Shown here: positions 27,191-36,411 of the stretch, piece after piece
How the letters are laid out: the number at the start of each line of letters is the position of its first letter
How positions within the stretch are numbered: the first letter of the stretch is position 1
Origin: a virus
Length of the DNA stretch: 64,000 bases
Virus record (IMG/VR): IMGVR_UViG_3300048592_001404
Coordinates: 6,317 to 70,316 of that record
Reading direction: 5' to 3' (one strand)
Program-made: the position numbers and the translations under genes
The notes under the pieces: model-generated
The model's input: the letters and a program-made list of their open reading frames with translations, nothing else
What the model was told of the DNA's origin: nothing
The model's database searches: none

Positions 27191-28437
27191 CAGGCGGCAT
27201 CCTTCGACTTGGACTCCCGTGCGACCTTCAGGTCGTCGAAGGTCCGGTCCTCACCGTCCAGCACGGCCTTGTTGCCGGTGTAGCCCTGCCAGCGCTGGAC
27301 GATGACATCGACGTACTTGGGGTCGAGTTCCATGAGCCGCGCCGAGCGGCCGGTGCGCTCGGCGGCGATGAGGGTCGTGCCCGAGCCACCGAAGAGGTCG
27401 AGCACGATGTCCCGGCTCTTGGAGGAATTGGTGATGGCGCGCTCGATCAACTCCACTGGCTTCATGGTGGGATGCAGGTCGTTCACCCGCGGCTTGTCGA
27501 CAAACCAGACGTCGCCCTGGTCACGGGCCCCGCACCAGTAGTGCTGGCTGCCGTCCTTCCAGCCGTACAGGATCGGCTCGTACTGGCGTTGATAATCTGC
27601 GCGGCCCAGCGTGAAGGTGTTCTTCGCCCAGATGATGAAGGTCGACCACTTGCCACCGGCGTCGGTGAAGGCTTTCTGCAGGGTGTGGACCTCCGAGGAA
27701 CTCATGCAGATGTAGCAGGCCCCCTTGGTCACCATGAGCAGGTTGACGCAGGTGTCGTAGAGGAACTGGTAGAACCCCTCACCCAAGGCGTCGTTGAGGA
27801 TGCGGCGGTCCTTGCCGCGCATCTTGTCCTTTGCCGAGTTCCCGTAGTCCACGTTGTAGGGCGGATCGAGGGCCGCCATGTCCGCCAGCTGGCCGCCCAT
27901 CAGCTTCTCGACGTCCGTCATCACGGTGGAGTCGCCGCAGAGAACGCGGTGGTCGCCGAGGATCCAAAGGTCGCCGGGACGGCTGACAGATTGCTCGGGA
28001 ACCGGTGGCGCCTCGTCCGGGTCGGTGAGAGCATCGATCTGCTCGGCGCCCAGAAGCCTGTCGAGCTCGTCGGAAACGAAGCCGGTCAGGGCGAGGTCAA
28101 AGTCGTCGAGCTTCAGGTCGCCGAATTCCAGCCGCAGCAACTCATCGTCCCACTCGGCGTTCTCATGCGAGCGGTTGTCCATCAGCCGGTAGGCTTTGGC
28201 CTGGGCCGGGGTCAGGCCTTCTGCGACATGCACCGGGACGGTCTTGAGGCCTAGCTGCTTGGCAGCCTCGAGCCGGGTGTGGCCGACGATCACCACCATC
28301 TTCTCGTCCACGACGATGGGCTGGCGGAAGCCGAATTCGGCGATGGACGCCTTCACGGCATCGATGGCGGCGGCGTTGTTGCGCGGGTTCCGGGCATAGG
28401 GAATCAGCCTCTCCACCGGCATGTCGGTGACGATCAT
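27190..28437 (-). CDS. ParB N-terminal domain fused to N6A/N4C DNA methyltransferase (beta class)
   Basis: LIPYARNPR...GHTRL ParB; DPPY; HPTMKP; VLDLFGGSGTT. Confidence 0.93.
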   Translation of the reverse strand: MIVTDMPVERLIPYARNPRNNAAAIDAVKASIAEFGFRQPIVVDEKMVVIVGHTRLEAAKQLGLKTVPVHVAEGLTPAQAKAYRLMDNRSHENAEWDDELLRLEFGDLKLDDFDLALTGFVSDELDRLLGAEQIDALTDPDEAPPVPEQSVSRPGDLWILGDHRVLCGDSTVMTDVEKLMGGQLADMAALDPPYNVDYGNSAKDKMRGKDRRILNDALGEGFYQFLYDTCVNLLMVTKGACYICMSSSEVHTLQKAFTDAGGKWSTFIIWAKNTFTLGRADYQRQYEPILYGWKDGSQHYWCGARDQGDVWFVDKPRVNDLHPTMKPVELIERAITNSSKSRDIVLDLFGGSGTTLIAAERTGRSARLMELDPKYVDVIVQRWQGYTGNKAVLDGEDRTFDDLKVARESKSKDAA

Positions 28438-28473
28438 CAGCTACCCCACAGATGGATTGGAATTCGAAGGCCG

Positions 28474-28902
28474 TCAGCGCGACGGGTGGATGCCCAGAAG
28501 ATCAAACGTCGCAGCGTCTTCGCGGCCCCTGCAATAGCGGGTCAGGGCCTCCCGGAACGGCTTGTCGCCGCCGCTCGCCAGAGCGAAGAGCGTCATCGAT
28601 GAACAGAACTTCACATCATCGGGCGAGCCGAAGATTTCGTGGAGCGTCTTGCCCGTGACGCCCAGGACAGCATCGACGCACTCCTTCAGCCGCGGGCCGA
28701 GGATCGCATGGCCAAGATAGGCGCGGGCCTCGGCAAGATTCTCGATCCCATAGTGCTGGGCCATGAACGACTGGCCCAGGCCCCGGAGCTGCGGGAAGAC
28801 GAACCACATCCAGTGGGTCTCCTTGCGCCCGGCGCGAAGCTCGCGGAGCACGGTCTCGATGACCGGATCCTGCGCCTTCACGAAGCGGTCGAGATCGAAC
28901 AT
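28474..28902 (-). CDS. DUF1810 family protein (moron)
   Basis: FDLDRFVKAQ...ELRAGRKETHWMWFVFPQLRGLG...SSMTLF. Confidence 0.9.
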   Translation of the reverse strand: MFDLDRFVKAQDPVIETVLRELRAGRKETHWMWFVFPQLRGLGQSFMAQHYGIENLAEARAYLGHAILGPRLKECVDAVLGVTGKTLHEIFGSPDDVKFCSSMTLFALASGGDKPFREALTRYCRGREDAATFDLLGIHPSR

Positions 28903-28979
28903 GAACTTCCCGGGAATTGCATGATTATCGGCAGTCTTAGCGCCTATCGGGCGCTGATCAAACCGGACCAACCAGCTAT

Positions 28980-29095
28980 CCGATTCAAAACAAAATGGAA
29001 AAACTGAAACCAGAAAAATGCTCGAAAACCGGGCGGCGGCGGCAGCGCATATCTCAGGTTGAAAATGGGGCTCCTACCGCCCCCTCCCCCATCGG
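28980..29095 (-). other. Candidate cos packaging region
   Basis: Intergenic; minus strand GC core followed by CGCCCGGTTTTCG and T-tracts, reminiscent of lambda cosN/cosB; lambda-type terminase present. Confidence 0.35.
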
Positions 29096-29099
29096 GGCA

Positions 29100-29660
29100 T
29101 CACCGGCGGACCCCTGCCCGGAGGTCGGCGCCCGAGAGCATCAGCGCAATGAGACGCGCGGACTCGGTGAGGACACGCGGGTGCTGTTCCTTCCAGGCAT
29201 CATAGGCTTCGTCCCGCAGCATTTCGGTGGGCACCGACGGTCCCCACAGTTGCTCGATCGGGAAGCGCGCCTTGCCGGTGCGCTTGAACACCCCGCCGCC
29301 GTCCCGCTTGACCACGAAGGCTGAGCGGAAGCTTTGCGCCTTGCCCCAGATCTTCGCGCGCACGCCGTATGAGAACTGCTTCGCACCAAAGAAGGACAGC
29401 GGGAGATGACGGCCGGTGCCAGAGGTCACGGTCGACATCGTGTTGCGCGTTGCGGACGTGAATCGCGTTGCAGCGTTGACGGCGCCGCGCGGAATGGACG
29501 ACTGCTGGGCGAGCGACCGGCGTAGCTGCGTGAAGGACTTGCGGCCTTCCTTGTTCAGCGCCATCGAGAACGCACGGCGGGCCTCGCCCTCACCGAGACG
29601 GGTGCAAGCAGCCTCGAAGCGGATGCGGACATCGTCGGCCTCGAGGAAGCGAACCCGCAT
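29100..29660 (-). CDS. Minor tail protein Z-like (lambda gpZ)
   Basis: RAFSMALNK...SAFVVK..GGVFKRTGKARFPIEQLWGPSVP. Confidence 0.75.
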   Translation of the reverse strand: MRVRFLEADDVRIRFEAACTRLGEGEARRAFSMALNKEGRKSFTQLRRSLAQQSSIPRGAVNAATRFTSATRNTMSTVTSGTGRHLPLSFFGAKQFSYGVRAKIWGKAQSFRSAFVVKRDGGGVFKRTGKARFPIEQLWGPSVPTEMLRDEAYDAWKEQHPRVLTESARLIALMLSGADLRAGVRR

Positions 29661-29671
29661 GAGAAGCCTCC

Positions 29672-29708
29672 CAAAAGAAAAACGCCCAGGGATCTCATCT
29701 CCAGGCGC
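29672..29708 (-). terminator. Intrinsic terminator in late leader (tR'-like)
   Basis: Minus CGCCTGGAGAT-GAG-ATCCCTGGGCG-TTTTTCTTTT immediately before the GGAGG RBS of the gpZ-like gene. Confidence 0.65.
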
Positions 29709-29732
29709 AATTCCGATCTTTCAATATCGGAA

Positions 29733-29761
29733 CTTTTAGCCGCGCCGCACGAGGGCGTCAA
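29733..29761 (-). promoter_or_regulatory. Sigma70-type late promoter candidate (pR'-like)
   Basis: TTGACG-17 nt-TAAAAG on minus strand upstream of the terminator. Confidence 0.5.
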
Positions 29762-29908
29762 GAGTGTTTTTCAAGTAATCACGAATTTTCTGGAGTAAGT
29801 TTGTTTCCAGCACCTTCCGGTTAGCAATAGAAAGATACAAACCCTGACAATTCCGATGTATGGGATCTGCTATAGGGGTACAATATCCGTATCATAGGAA
29901 TTCGAAGA

Positions 29909-30235
29909 ATGCTCAAATCCGAACTGGTTCAGAAACTAGCCGAGAAGAACCCGCACCTGTACCATCAGGATCTTGAGCGCCTCGTGAACATCGTCCTGAA
30001 CGAAATCATCGGGGCGCTGAAGGATGCCGGCCGCGTCGAACTGCGGGGCTTCGGCGCATTCTCGATAAAGTCGCGAGACGGCCGAGTGGGTCGCAATCCT
30101 CGAACCGGCGCACCTGTTGTGGTCGAGCCGAAGCTGGCGCCTTGTTTTCGGACAAGCAGAGATCTGCTTGAACGCATGAGCGGCGATCCGCCTCGCCTCA
30201 CACCACAAACATCCTCTGAGCCGATTACATCCTGA
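29909..30235 (+). CDS. ihfB: Integration host factor beta subunit homolog (phage-borne)
   Basis: [18 protein letters not shown]...[11 protein letters not shown]...GRNPRTG. Confidence 0.9.
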   Translation: MLKSELVQKLAEKNPHLYHQDLERLVNIVLNEIIGALKDAGRVELRGFGAFSIKSRDGRVGRNPRTGAPVVVEPKLAPCFRTSRDLLERMSGDPPRLTPQTSSEPITS

Positions 30236-30273
30236 ACAGTCGGACCAGCGCATTCAACGCCACACGCAGGTTG
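30222..30273 (-). repeat. Degenerate copy of the 3' end of the 32284-32841 gene
   Basis: 41/52 nt identical to 32281-32332 by hand alignment; encodes [15 protein letters not shown] vs NLRVALNALTRVFRM*. Confidence 0.85.
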
Positions 30274-30304
30274 GGCCGCAGAAAGGTCCTCGCAGGAGAG
30301 GCCA

Positions 30305-31204
30305 TCAAGACTTTGATGTCAGGAATACCCCGACCAGGGTTACAGCTAGTCCAGCAAACATTGCGATGGTCAGGGGCTCGGAGAACATGGCCCAGGCCCA
30401 GAGCATCGTGACCGGTGGACTGAGGTAGATCGCGGCGCTGACCTTGGCCACCGGAAACAGCCGCAGGCTCGTGTAGTAGACGAAGTAGGTGGCGAAGGTA
30501 GCGATCAGCACGAGCCACGCCATGCCGACGGCAAAATCTATCGTCAGGGGCGGACCGAGACCATCACCTTGCAGGAGCGCAGCAGCACCGAACAAGACCG
30601 CCCCGGTGAGCGTCTGAATGCACAGGCTCTGATGGACAGGCATGTGCAATGATTTCTGCCTTCTGAAAATCACCGAGGCGAATGCGAACACGAGCATAGA
30701 TCCAACCGTGAGCCCGTATGCCCACACTGGAGCAGCTCCAAAGCTGAGGCTGTCGAAGGAGACGATCAGGACGCCCGCAACGGCGACGGCAGTCCCAAGC
30801 CACTGGCGGCCACTCAGTCTTTCTCCGAGTACCGGTTGAGACAGCACGGCAATTGTCAGTGGCAGGAGGTCCGAAATCAGGGCGACAAGTCCGGTGGGCA
30901 CGCGCTGTTCGATCGCGAGTGCAAATCCCCCAAGATAGAGGAACACCGACATCACCCCAAACGTAGCCTGTGCACGAATTGCACGAAGACTTGGGCGGGG
31001 TCCGAATGCCAGCGCGAAGGGAAGCAGGATCACGCCCGACAGGAGCGTGCGCCAGAACAGGAGGAGGAAGACGCTCGCCTCCTCATTGGCAAAACGGATG
31101 CCGACGAAGCCTGAACTCCAACCGATGATCAGCATCGCAGCCATCACCGGCCAGAGCAGTGATTTCCGTAGCGGGGACTTGGCGGGTAGGACGAGGTCGG
31201 TCAT
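30305..31204 (-). CDS. DMT/EamA family transporter
   Basis: About 10 TM segments, WSSGF and GERLSGRQWLG motifs. Confidence 0.92.
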   Translation of the reverse strand: MTDLVLPAKSPLRKSLLWPVMAAMLIIGWSSGFVGIRFANEEASVFLLLFWRTLLSGVILLPFALAFGPRPSLRAIRAQATFGVMSVFLYLGGFALAIEQRVPTGLVALISDLLPLTIAVLSQPVLGERLSGRQWLGTAVAVAGVLIVSFDSLSFGAAPVWAYGLTVGSMLVFAFASVIFRRQKSLHMPVHQSLCIQTLTGAVLFGAAALLQGDGLGPPLTIDFAVGMAWLVLIATFATYFVYYTSLRLFPVAKVSAAIYLSPPVTMLWAWAMFSEPLTIAMFAGLAVTLVGVFLTSKS

Positions 31205-31371
31205 GAACGGCTCGGATACAGGGCTTTGTGGGGCCGTGAATATTTGAAGGCATACTGGCCTGCACATGACAAATATCGATCACTCGATGACAAACTATGC
31301 GGGAAGAGCAGAAAAGTTTGCCAGAAGTCGGCACCTCAGTCATATTTGGGATCCTGACGTGAGGATTTCTA

Positions 31372-32262
31372 ATGATTGACTTCGGCACGCGGCGTCTGGA
31401 CATCGATGCGCTCAGGGCCCTCAGGGCGATCCGACTGCAGGGCGGGGTCACCCGGGCGGCGGAGGCGCTAGGACTTACCCAATCAGCTGTCAGTCACAAG
31501 ATCAAACGCCTGGAAATCAGCTTGGACTGTGACCTCCTCAGCCGAAAGGCAGGCACCGCCACGTTCACGGCCGCAGGCGAAGAGTTGCTGGAATACGCCA
31601 GCCGGATTCTCGAACTCCATGACGAAGCGCTTGTCAGCCTTACCAAGACGGATCTTGCCGGCCGCATTCTCCTCGGAATGACTGAGGACACCACCTGCAG
31701 CGACTTAGCGCGCATTCTGGGACGCTTCCGCCGCCTCCATCCACAGGTCACCGTCCGCACAAAGGTTCGCATGAGCCTCGTTCTTCGCGAACTTCTCGAG
31801 CGGGGAGAACTGGACGCAGCGATCGCTCAGGTGTTCTCCCATGAGGTGCGCTCGGCGGACATCGTCCTGTTCCGGGAGGGGCTCCACTGGGTGAAGTCCA
31901 GGGAACTGCACTTGCCCGCCGAGGGAGCTATCCCGTTCCTGTCCTTCGATGACCACTGCTTCTACCGCCAATGGGCACTCGAGGTGGGACAAGGCGGGGG
32001 AGCCTACCTCGATACGGTCCTCGAATGTTCGAGTGCCGCTGGCATCGTCACCGCCGTCTATGCCAGGATGGGCATAGCCCTGCTGAGCGACCGGTATATT
32101 GGCGGCGACATGGAGATCATCACCGAAAGGCTTCCGCCTCCCCCTCCGTTTGCATACGTCGTGCGCCGGTCCCGGAAGGCTCGGAATCCGGCGCTGGACA
32201 GTTTGATCGCCGAGGTGGAGGCAGAGGTCAGCCGCAGCGGGGGTCTGTCTTTGGCAGGCTGA
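31372..32262 (+). CDS. LysR family transcriptional regulator
   Basis: TRAAEALGLTQSAVSHKIKRLE HTH; divergent from the transporter. Confidence 0.94.
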   Translation: MIDFGTRRLDIDALRALRAIRLQGGVTRAAEALGLTQSAVSHKIKRLEISLDCDLLSRKAGTATFTAAGEELLEYASRILELHDEALVSLTKTDLAGRILLGMTEDTTCSDLARILGRFRRLHPQVTVRTKVRMSLVLRELLERGELDAAIAQVFSHEVRSADIVLFREGLHWVKSRELHLPAEGAIPFLSFDDHCFYRQWALEVGQGGGAYLDTVLECSSAAGIVTAVYARMGIALLSDRYIGGDMEIITERLPPPPPFAYVVRRSRKARNPALDSLIAEVEAEVSRSGGLSLAG

Positions 32263-32283
32263 CCATCTCCGAAGTTCCTGCGA

Positions 32284-32841
32284 TCACATCCTGAACACCC
32301 TCGTCAGCGCATTCAATGCCACCCGCAAATTGCCGATGTCCTCCTCGGGCCAGTGCATCGCATCCTCGTCGGTGCAGATGACGCGGTAGACCAGCAACGT
32401 CGGGCGCCTGCCCTGCGACATGCGATGCTCCCGGTCACAGGCGTCCAGCGCATTGGTCGCATCGCTGAACCGCCTCTTGAGCTTCTCGATAACCTCCAGC
32501 ACAGGCTCGCTGGGACTGGCCCCGAAGATGCCTTCGTTGACGAGCAACCCGGCGATGGAACGTGGGCTGGGCGAAGGCAGCCCACATACCGCATGGTGCT
32601 GCCGGTACAGCTCTGCGAAGGCTACGCCCGCCTGGTACTGGGTCTCGCTGATCAACTCGCGGAAGGCAAGCCGGCCCAGCGCCGTGCCGAGGCGCTCGTC
32701 CTTCGCCTGCTTCGCGGTCACGCCGAAATGACGCTTCCGGGCTTCGATGGCCACGCTCATGGCATCCCTCTCCGTTTCATGTCTGGTGCGCTTACCGCAG
32801 GCATAGCGCTTGCCGGGTTTGCGCTTGCGTCCAGGTGCCAT
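32284..32841 (-). CDS. Hypothetical protein, candidate late-gene regulator/antiterminator
   Basis: Basic N-terminus GRKRKPGKRYACGK; last gene of early operon, at the position of lambda Q. Confidence 0.6.
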   Translation of the reverse strand: MAPGRKRKPGKRYACGKRTRHETERDAMSVAIEARKRHFGVTAKQAKDERLGTALGRLAFRELISETQYQAGVAFAELYRQHHAVCGLPSPSPRSIAGLLVNEGIFGASPSEPVLEVIEKLKRRFSDATNALDACDREHRMSQGRRPTLLVYRVICTDEDAMHWPEEDIGNLRVALNALTRVFRM

Positions 32842-32844
32842 GGT

Positions 32845-33129
32845 TCACATTCCTTCCGAGTTTGAGGTTTGGGTCAGCTCGCGCAGCAACGCGGCGTAGC
32901 CGCAGACATCGACTGCCGAGTCTTCGTGAGTGGGATCGTGTGCAAGGCGCGCAAGCTTCAGGTCGAGGAGGCAGAGGACGACCTGCGCCGGCGTGATCTC
33001 GCGCCCCAGCGTCGCCGACCACCGCGCCGCGATAGTCGTCATGTTGCTGTGGACATCGCCGTACTGGGTGCTGCGCTCGGCGATAACGTTGGCGACATGC
33101 TTCAGGAACATCTCCGCTGGGGTGCTCAT
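32845..33129 (-). CDS. DUF6378 domain protein
   Basis: ERSTQYGD...IAARWS...LKLARL...DSAVDVCGYAA. Confidence 0.85.
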   Translation of the reverse strand: MSTPAEMFLKHVANVIAERSTQYGDVHSNMTTIAARWSATLGREITPAQVVLCLLDLKLARLAHDPTHEDSAVDVCGYAALLRELTQTSNSEGM

Positions 33130-33653
33130 GCCAGACCTCCGTTGGTCTCAAGGGCCCAAAGCAGAATTGCGATGGCGTCGGCTTCGTTGTCGTCTGCCGG
33201 CTCGAAGCCGCGCTCGCGGACAGCAGCGATCATCGCCGCCTTGTCGGCATTGCCCTTGCCGGCGGCGAAACGTTTGATGGTCCCAACCGGCACGCCCTGG
33301 TACGGCAGGCCATGCTGCTCGCACCAGCTGGTCAGCGTGGCGAGCAGGCCGCCGAACACGTGAGCTGCGTCCGTGCCTGCGTGTCTGCGTATTTCTTCGA
33401 AATAGACGGCATCGATACCGGCGGTAACATCCAGCGTCTGGTCCAGCCACTTGCCGAAGCGCAGGTAGCGCATGCCGCCGCCCTCATAGCGGCTGGGCCG
33501 GAACTCGGCTGTGCCGTGGAGGATCCGGCAGCGAGCCGTGCGAACAGCCCAGCCGGTGGTGGTGCCCAGATCGAGGGCGAGGATGGATGGAATCGTCGGG
33601 GTTGCCTTTGCCGCAGGGGCAGGCAGAGTCGCGGGTACCATGATGGTCTCCAT
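33126..33653 (-). CDS. RuvC-like Holliday junction resolvase
   Basis: ILALDLGTTTGWA, FEE, IKRFAAGKGNA.K, DNEADA. Confidence 0.88.
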   Translation of the reverse strand: METIMVPATLPAPAAKATPTIPSILALDLGTTTGWAVRTARCRILHGTAEFRPSRYEGGGMRYLRFGKWLDQTLDVTAGIDAVYFEEIRRHAGTDAAHVFGGLLATLTSWCEQHGLPYQGVPVGTIKRFAAGKGNADKAAMIAAVRERGFEPADDNEADAIAILLWALETNGGLA

Positions 33654-33832
33654 TCCCTGTTGGGTTGATCGTCGTGGTGGAGGACGGCGGCAGCCTCGTG
33701 CTTGGCGGTACTGGCTGCCGTCCGTCTGACTTGGGTGGCAATGGGATCAGTTATCCATCGTCCCACCAGTACGGCTCCGGGTTAGGTGTCACACCCAGCT
33801 TCAGCGGGTGGCACCTACCCGTAAGGGAGGAA

Positions 33833-34024
33833 AATTTGCGCTTTTGCGCTTTGATCAAGTCGTTGATTTCATTTGGCAAATAACAAACCGCAGATTTGAT
33901 CAGTCTACTGAGCAAGTTGCGCTCTTGCGGTCCGTGTAACCTGTTGATCTTGCTGGTATTTTGGGAACCGCAAAAGCGCAAATTGAAAAGTTGCGGTCGT
34001 TGCGGTTGGTGCGGTTGCGTTTGA
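33833..34024. repeat. Candidate replication origin: 16-bp iterons, IHF sites, TGCGG repeats
   Basis: AATTTGCGCTTTTGCG at 33833, 14/16 copy at 33914, exact inverted copy at 33969; AATCAACGACTTG on minus strand 33856-33868. Confidence 0.65.
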
Positions 34025-34056
34025 TACGTGGTCCATTCGGTGGCGAAAAGCATGGT

Positions 34057-36411
34057 TCAAACCTCCTCCTGATCGACCCACACATCGGGGTTCTCGACGG
34101 TCAGCAGCGCACCTGTCTGGGGGCACATGAAATCGGTTGGCAGCACTCTCACGACGACCGGCTCGATCTCCCCGGTCTCCGGGTTCAATTCCTCGGCGGT
34201 GGTCTGGAACAGCATGTCCTTCACACACAGGTAGCCGTACTTCATGCTTGCCCGGGGCAGGCCGAGGCGCTCGGCTTCCTCGCCGCGCACGAACTTGATG
34301 TGGCCCTTCGTGGCGAGGACATGGATCCGGTTGCGAATGCTGGTCTCGCCACCGAGGCTCCCCTTGTTCTCGAACTTCGCCGCGAACTGGCTCAGGGTGA
34401 ACATCCTGCCCTGCGCGGCCTGGGCAGCGATCATGTCCACGATCACGCCACCCTTGCGCTCACGCTCCGCGTCATGCTTCGCGCCAACTTCCTTGCGCAC
34501 CAGGCGCTCGTTCATCGGGTTGATCTCAACCCAGCGGCCGTTCTCCTTGTCGATGAGCTTGGGCTGAAGCGCCGGCCCGTTGCGAAGCTCGATCTCCAGC
34601 CTGCGCATGGTGCTGTCCTCGTCGGACCGGTGCATCAGCAGCCCTGAGGTGTAAAAGCCACGCAGCGCGCTGGCGCCGGACAGGGCCTGGAAGGGATCCT
34701 CCGTCACGGCCTTGCGGTTCATCTTCTTGGTGTGATGGGCGAGGATGACGCCGCAATCGGGCGCCACGGCCTCGCGCAGGCGTTCCACCCGCTCGGTGAG
34801 GAAGAACATCATGGCGGCGTTGTCGTTCTCGCTGCTGCCTTCCTCTCCGCCGTCGAACAGGTTGCGGATCGGGTCCAGGCAGATGATGTCCGGCGGGGCG
34901 TCGGGGAACCGGACCCGGACGGCCTCAACGACCAGGGCCAGACCCTTGTCGTCGAGGATCATGCGCAGCTTCGGCGTGGCGAAAAGATTATCGCGCGCAC
35001 CGGCCATCACCGCCGTGTCCAGCCTGATCTGCTGCATGCGCTCGCGGAGATAGTGGTACTGGATCTCGGCCTGCAGATAGAAGACGCGCAGCGCCTGCGG
35101 CGGCGTGAAACCGAGGAACGGCACACCGGCGGCCATGTGGGCGAGAAGGCTGATGAGGAAATCGCTCTTTCCCACCTTCGGCGCGCCGCCCAGGACCAGC
35201 AGGCCTCCCGGTGTCAGTACGCGCGGCGCAATGATGTCCGGGGGCATGGGCGAGCGGTCGTCGAGCAACTGGCCTAGGGAGAACACCGGCAGCGGCTGGG
35301 CCTCCTGCTCAGGGTCCGCCTCGTTGCGCAGCAGCGCCGGGCCGTTCTTCTTCACATGCAGCGCCCAGATGCGTTCTGATTCCTGCTTGAGCCGCTCCTC
35401 CGGCCATGCAGGCCGCAGCATGGCCGCGTTGTACTGGCAGATGGCCTCCCAACCATCGTTGGGGCTGAGTTTTCCCTCATGCACCAGGCGCACGTAATGA
35501 CCGATTGCCGCGCTGGCACCCTCAAACCGCGTCCATGCATCGCCGCCGCCTTCGTGCACGGGCGTGGTGAGGATGGCGTCGATGGAGGGCTTGGTGGATC
35601 CCTCGGGCGGTGGTTCAGCGCCCATGCCGGGAATGAACGGCATAGCCGCCACGCGCTCGCCTAAATCGGCAAGGTCTACCTCGATGGCATTATGCTCGCG
35701 GATCTGCACAAGCCGCTGAAAGCCGCCCTTGTGATAGACGGAACCGGCAACGCGTATCGGCTGGTGGGCCGAGCGGAAGTGGGTGTCGCCGCCCACCTTC
35801 ATGGCGATATCGCCGCGCAGACGGCACAACGTGGCGAGATCATCGCCTGTCGCGGCCTCGGTGAGCTTCCACCACACATGCAGCTTGAGGGCGCCCTCCG
35901 GCGTGCGGCCGCCGCTCTCCACAACCAGCGTGGGCGTGCCCAGATGGTGGACCAGGTGCGTCAGCTTCGCCAGGATGTCGCCGGCGTCGAGATCCACGAC
36001 CACCGCCTGCATCTGGAGCACTTCATGCGCGCGCGCCTGACCCTGGGCGGCCACGGTGCCGGGGATGACATAGAGGGCTGCCCCCTCGCGCCACGCCCAG
36101 GTAGCGAAGGTCTTCAGCTTGTCAAAGGCGGAAGCGTCGGCGTCGATCCAGATGTTGTTGGGCTTGCCGTCCCTGCCCTGCCCCTTGTCCACGAAGCCGC
36201 GGACGGGGATGAGGCCCTCGCAATAGCTGAACACCACATCCAGAAACGTTGCAAGCTGCTCCGGATCCGGCTCGATGCCGAACGGGTCTTCCTGCAGGGG
36301 CGCGTCGTTGAAGTCGCGCCACGGGTTGAAGTGGATCACCTCGCCGATAGGCTTCTGCTCAGTCTGCTGGCCTTCACCCGAACCGGTCGTATCGTCGGTC
36401 TGTTCGGTCAT
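34057..36411 (-). CDS. Primase (RepB'/AEP-like) fused to AAA_25 helicase
   Basis: VVDLD, PTLVVESGG, LHVWW, IRVAGS; GAPKVGKS Walker A, LAHHTKK, SGASAL; start trimmed to ATG overlapping upstream stop. Confidence 0.88.
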   Translation of the reverse strand: MTEQTDDTTGSGEGQQTEQKPIGEVIHFNPWRDFNDAPLQEDPFGIEPDPEQLATFLDVVFSYCEGLIPVRGFVDKGQGRDGKPNNIWIDADASAFDKLKTFATWAWREGAALYVIPGTVAAQGQARAHEVLQMQAVVVDLDAGDILAKLTHLVHHLGTPTLVVESGGRTPEGALKLHVWWKLTEAATGDDLATLCRLRGDIAMKVGGDTHFRSAHQPIRVAGSVYHKGGFQRLVQIREHNAIEVDLADLGERVAAMPFIPGMGAEPPPEGSTKPSIDAILTTPVHEGGGDAWTRFEGASAAIGHYVRLVHEGKLSPNDGWEAICQYNAAMLRPAWPEERLKQESERIWALHVKKNGPALLRNEADPEQEAQPLPVFSLGQLLDDRSPMPPDIIAPRVLTPGGLLVLGGAPKVGKSDFLISLLAHMAAGVPFLGFTPPQALRVFYLQAEIQYHYLRERMQQIRLDTAVMAGARDNLFATPKLRMILDDKGLALVVEAVRVRFPDAPPDIICLDPIRNLFDGGEEGSSENDNAAMMFFLTERVERLREAVAPDCGVILAHHTKKMNRKAVTEDPFQALSGASALRGFYTSGLLMHRSDEDSTMRRLEIELRNGPALQPKLIDKENGRWVEINPMNERLVRKEVGAKHDAERERKGGVIVDMIAAQAAQGRMFTLSQFAAKFENKGSLGGETSIRNRIHVLATKGHIKFVRGEEAERLGLPRASMKYGYLCVKDMLFQTTAEELNPETGEIEPVVVRVLPTDFMCPQTGALLTVENPDVWVDQEEV

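Noticed and set aside
30225-30518. 97-aa minus ORF as a real gene
   Set aside because: Overlaps the DMT gene out of frame; only its last 15 codons are meaningful, as the duplicated gene end.
33751-34053. 100-aa ORF over the origin-like region
   Set aside because: Translation mirrors the DNA repeats and has no recognisable motif; better explained as non-coding, though not excluded.
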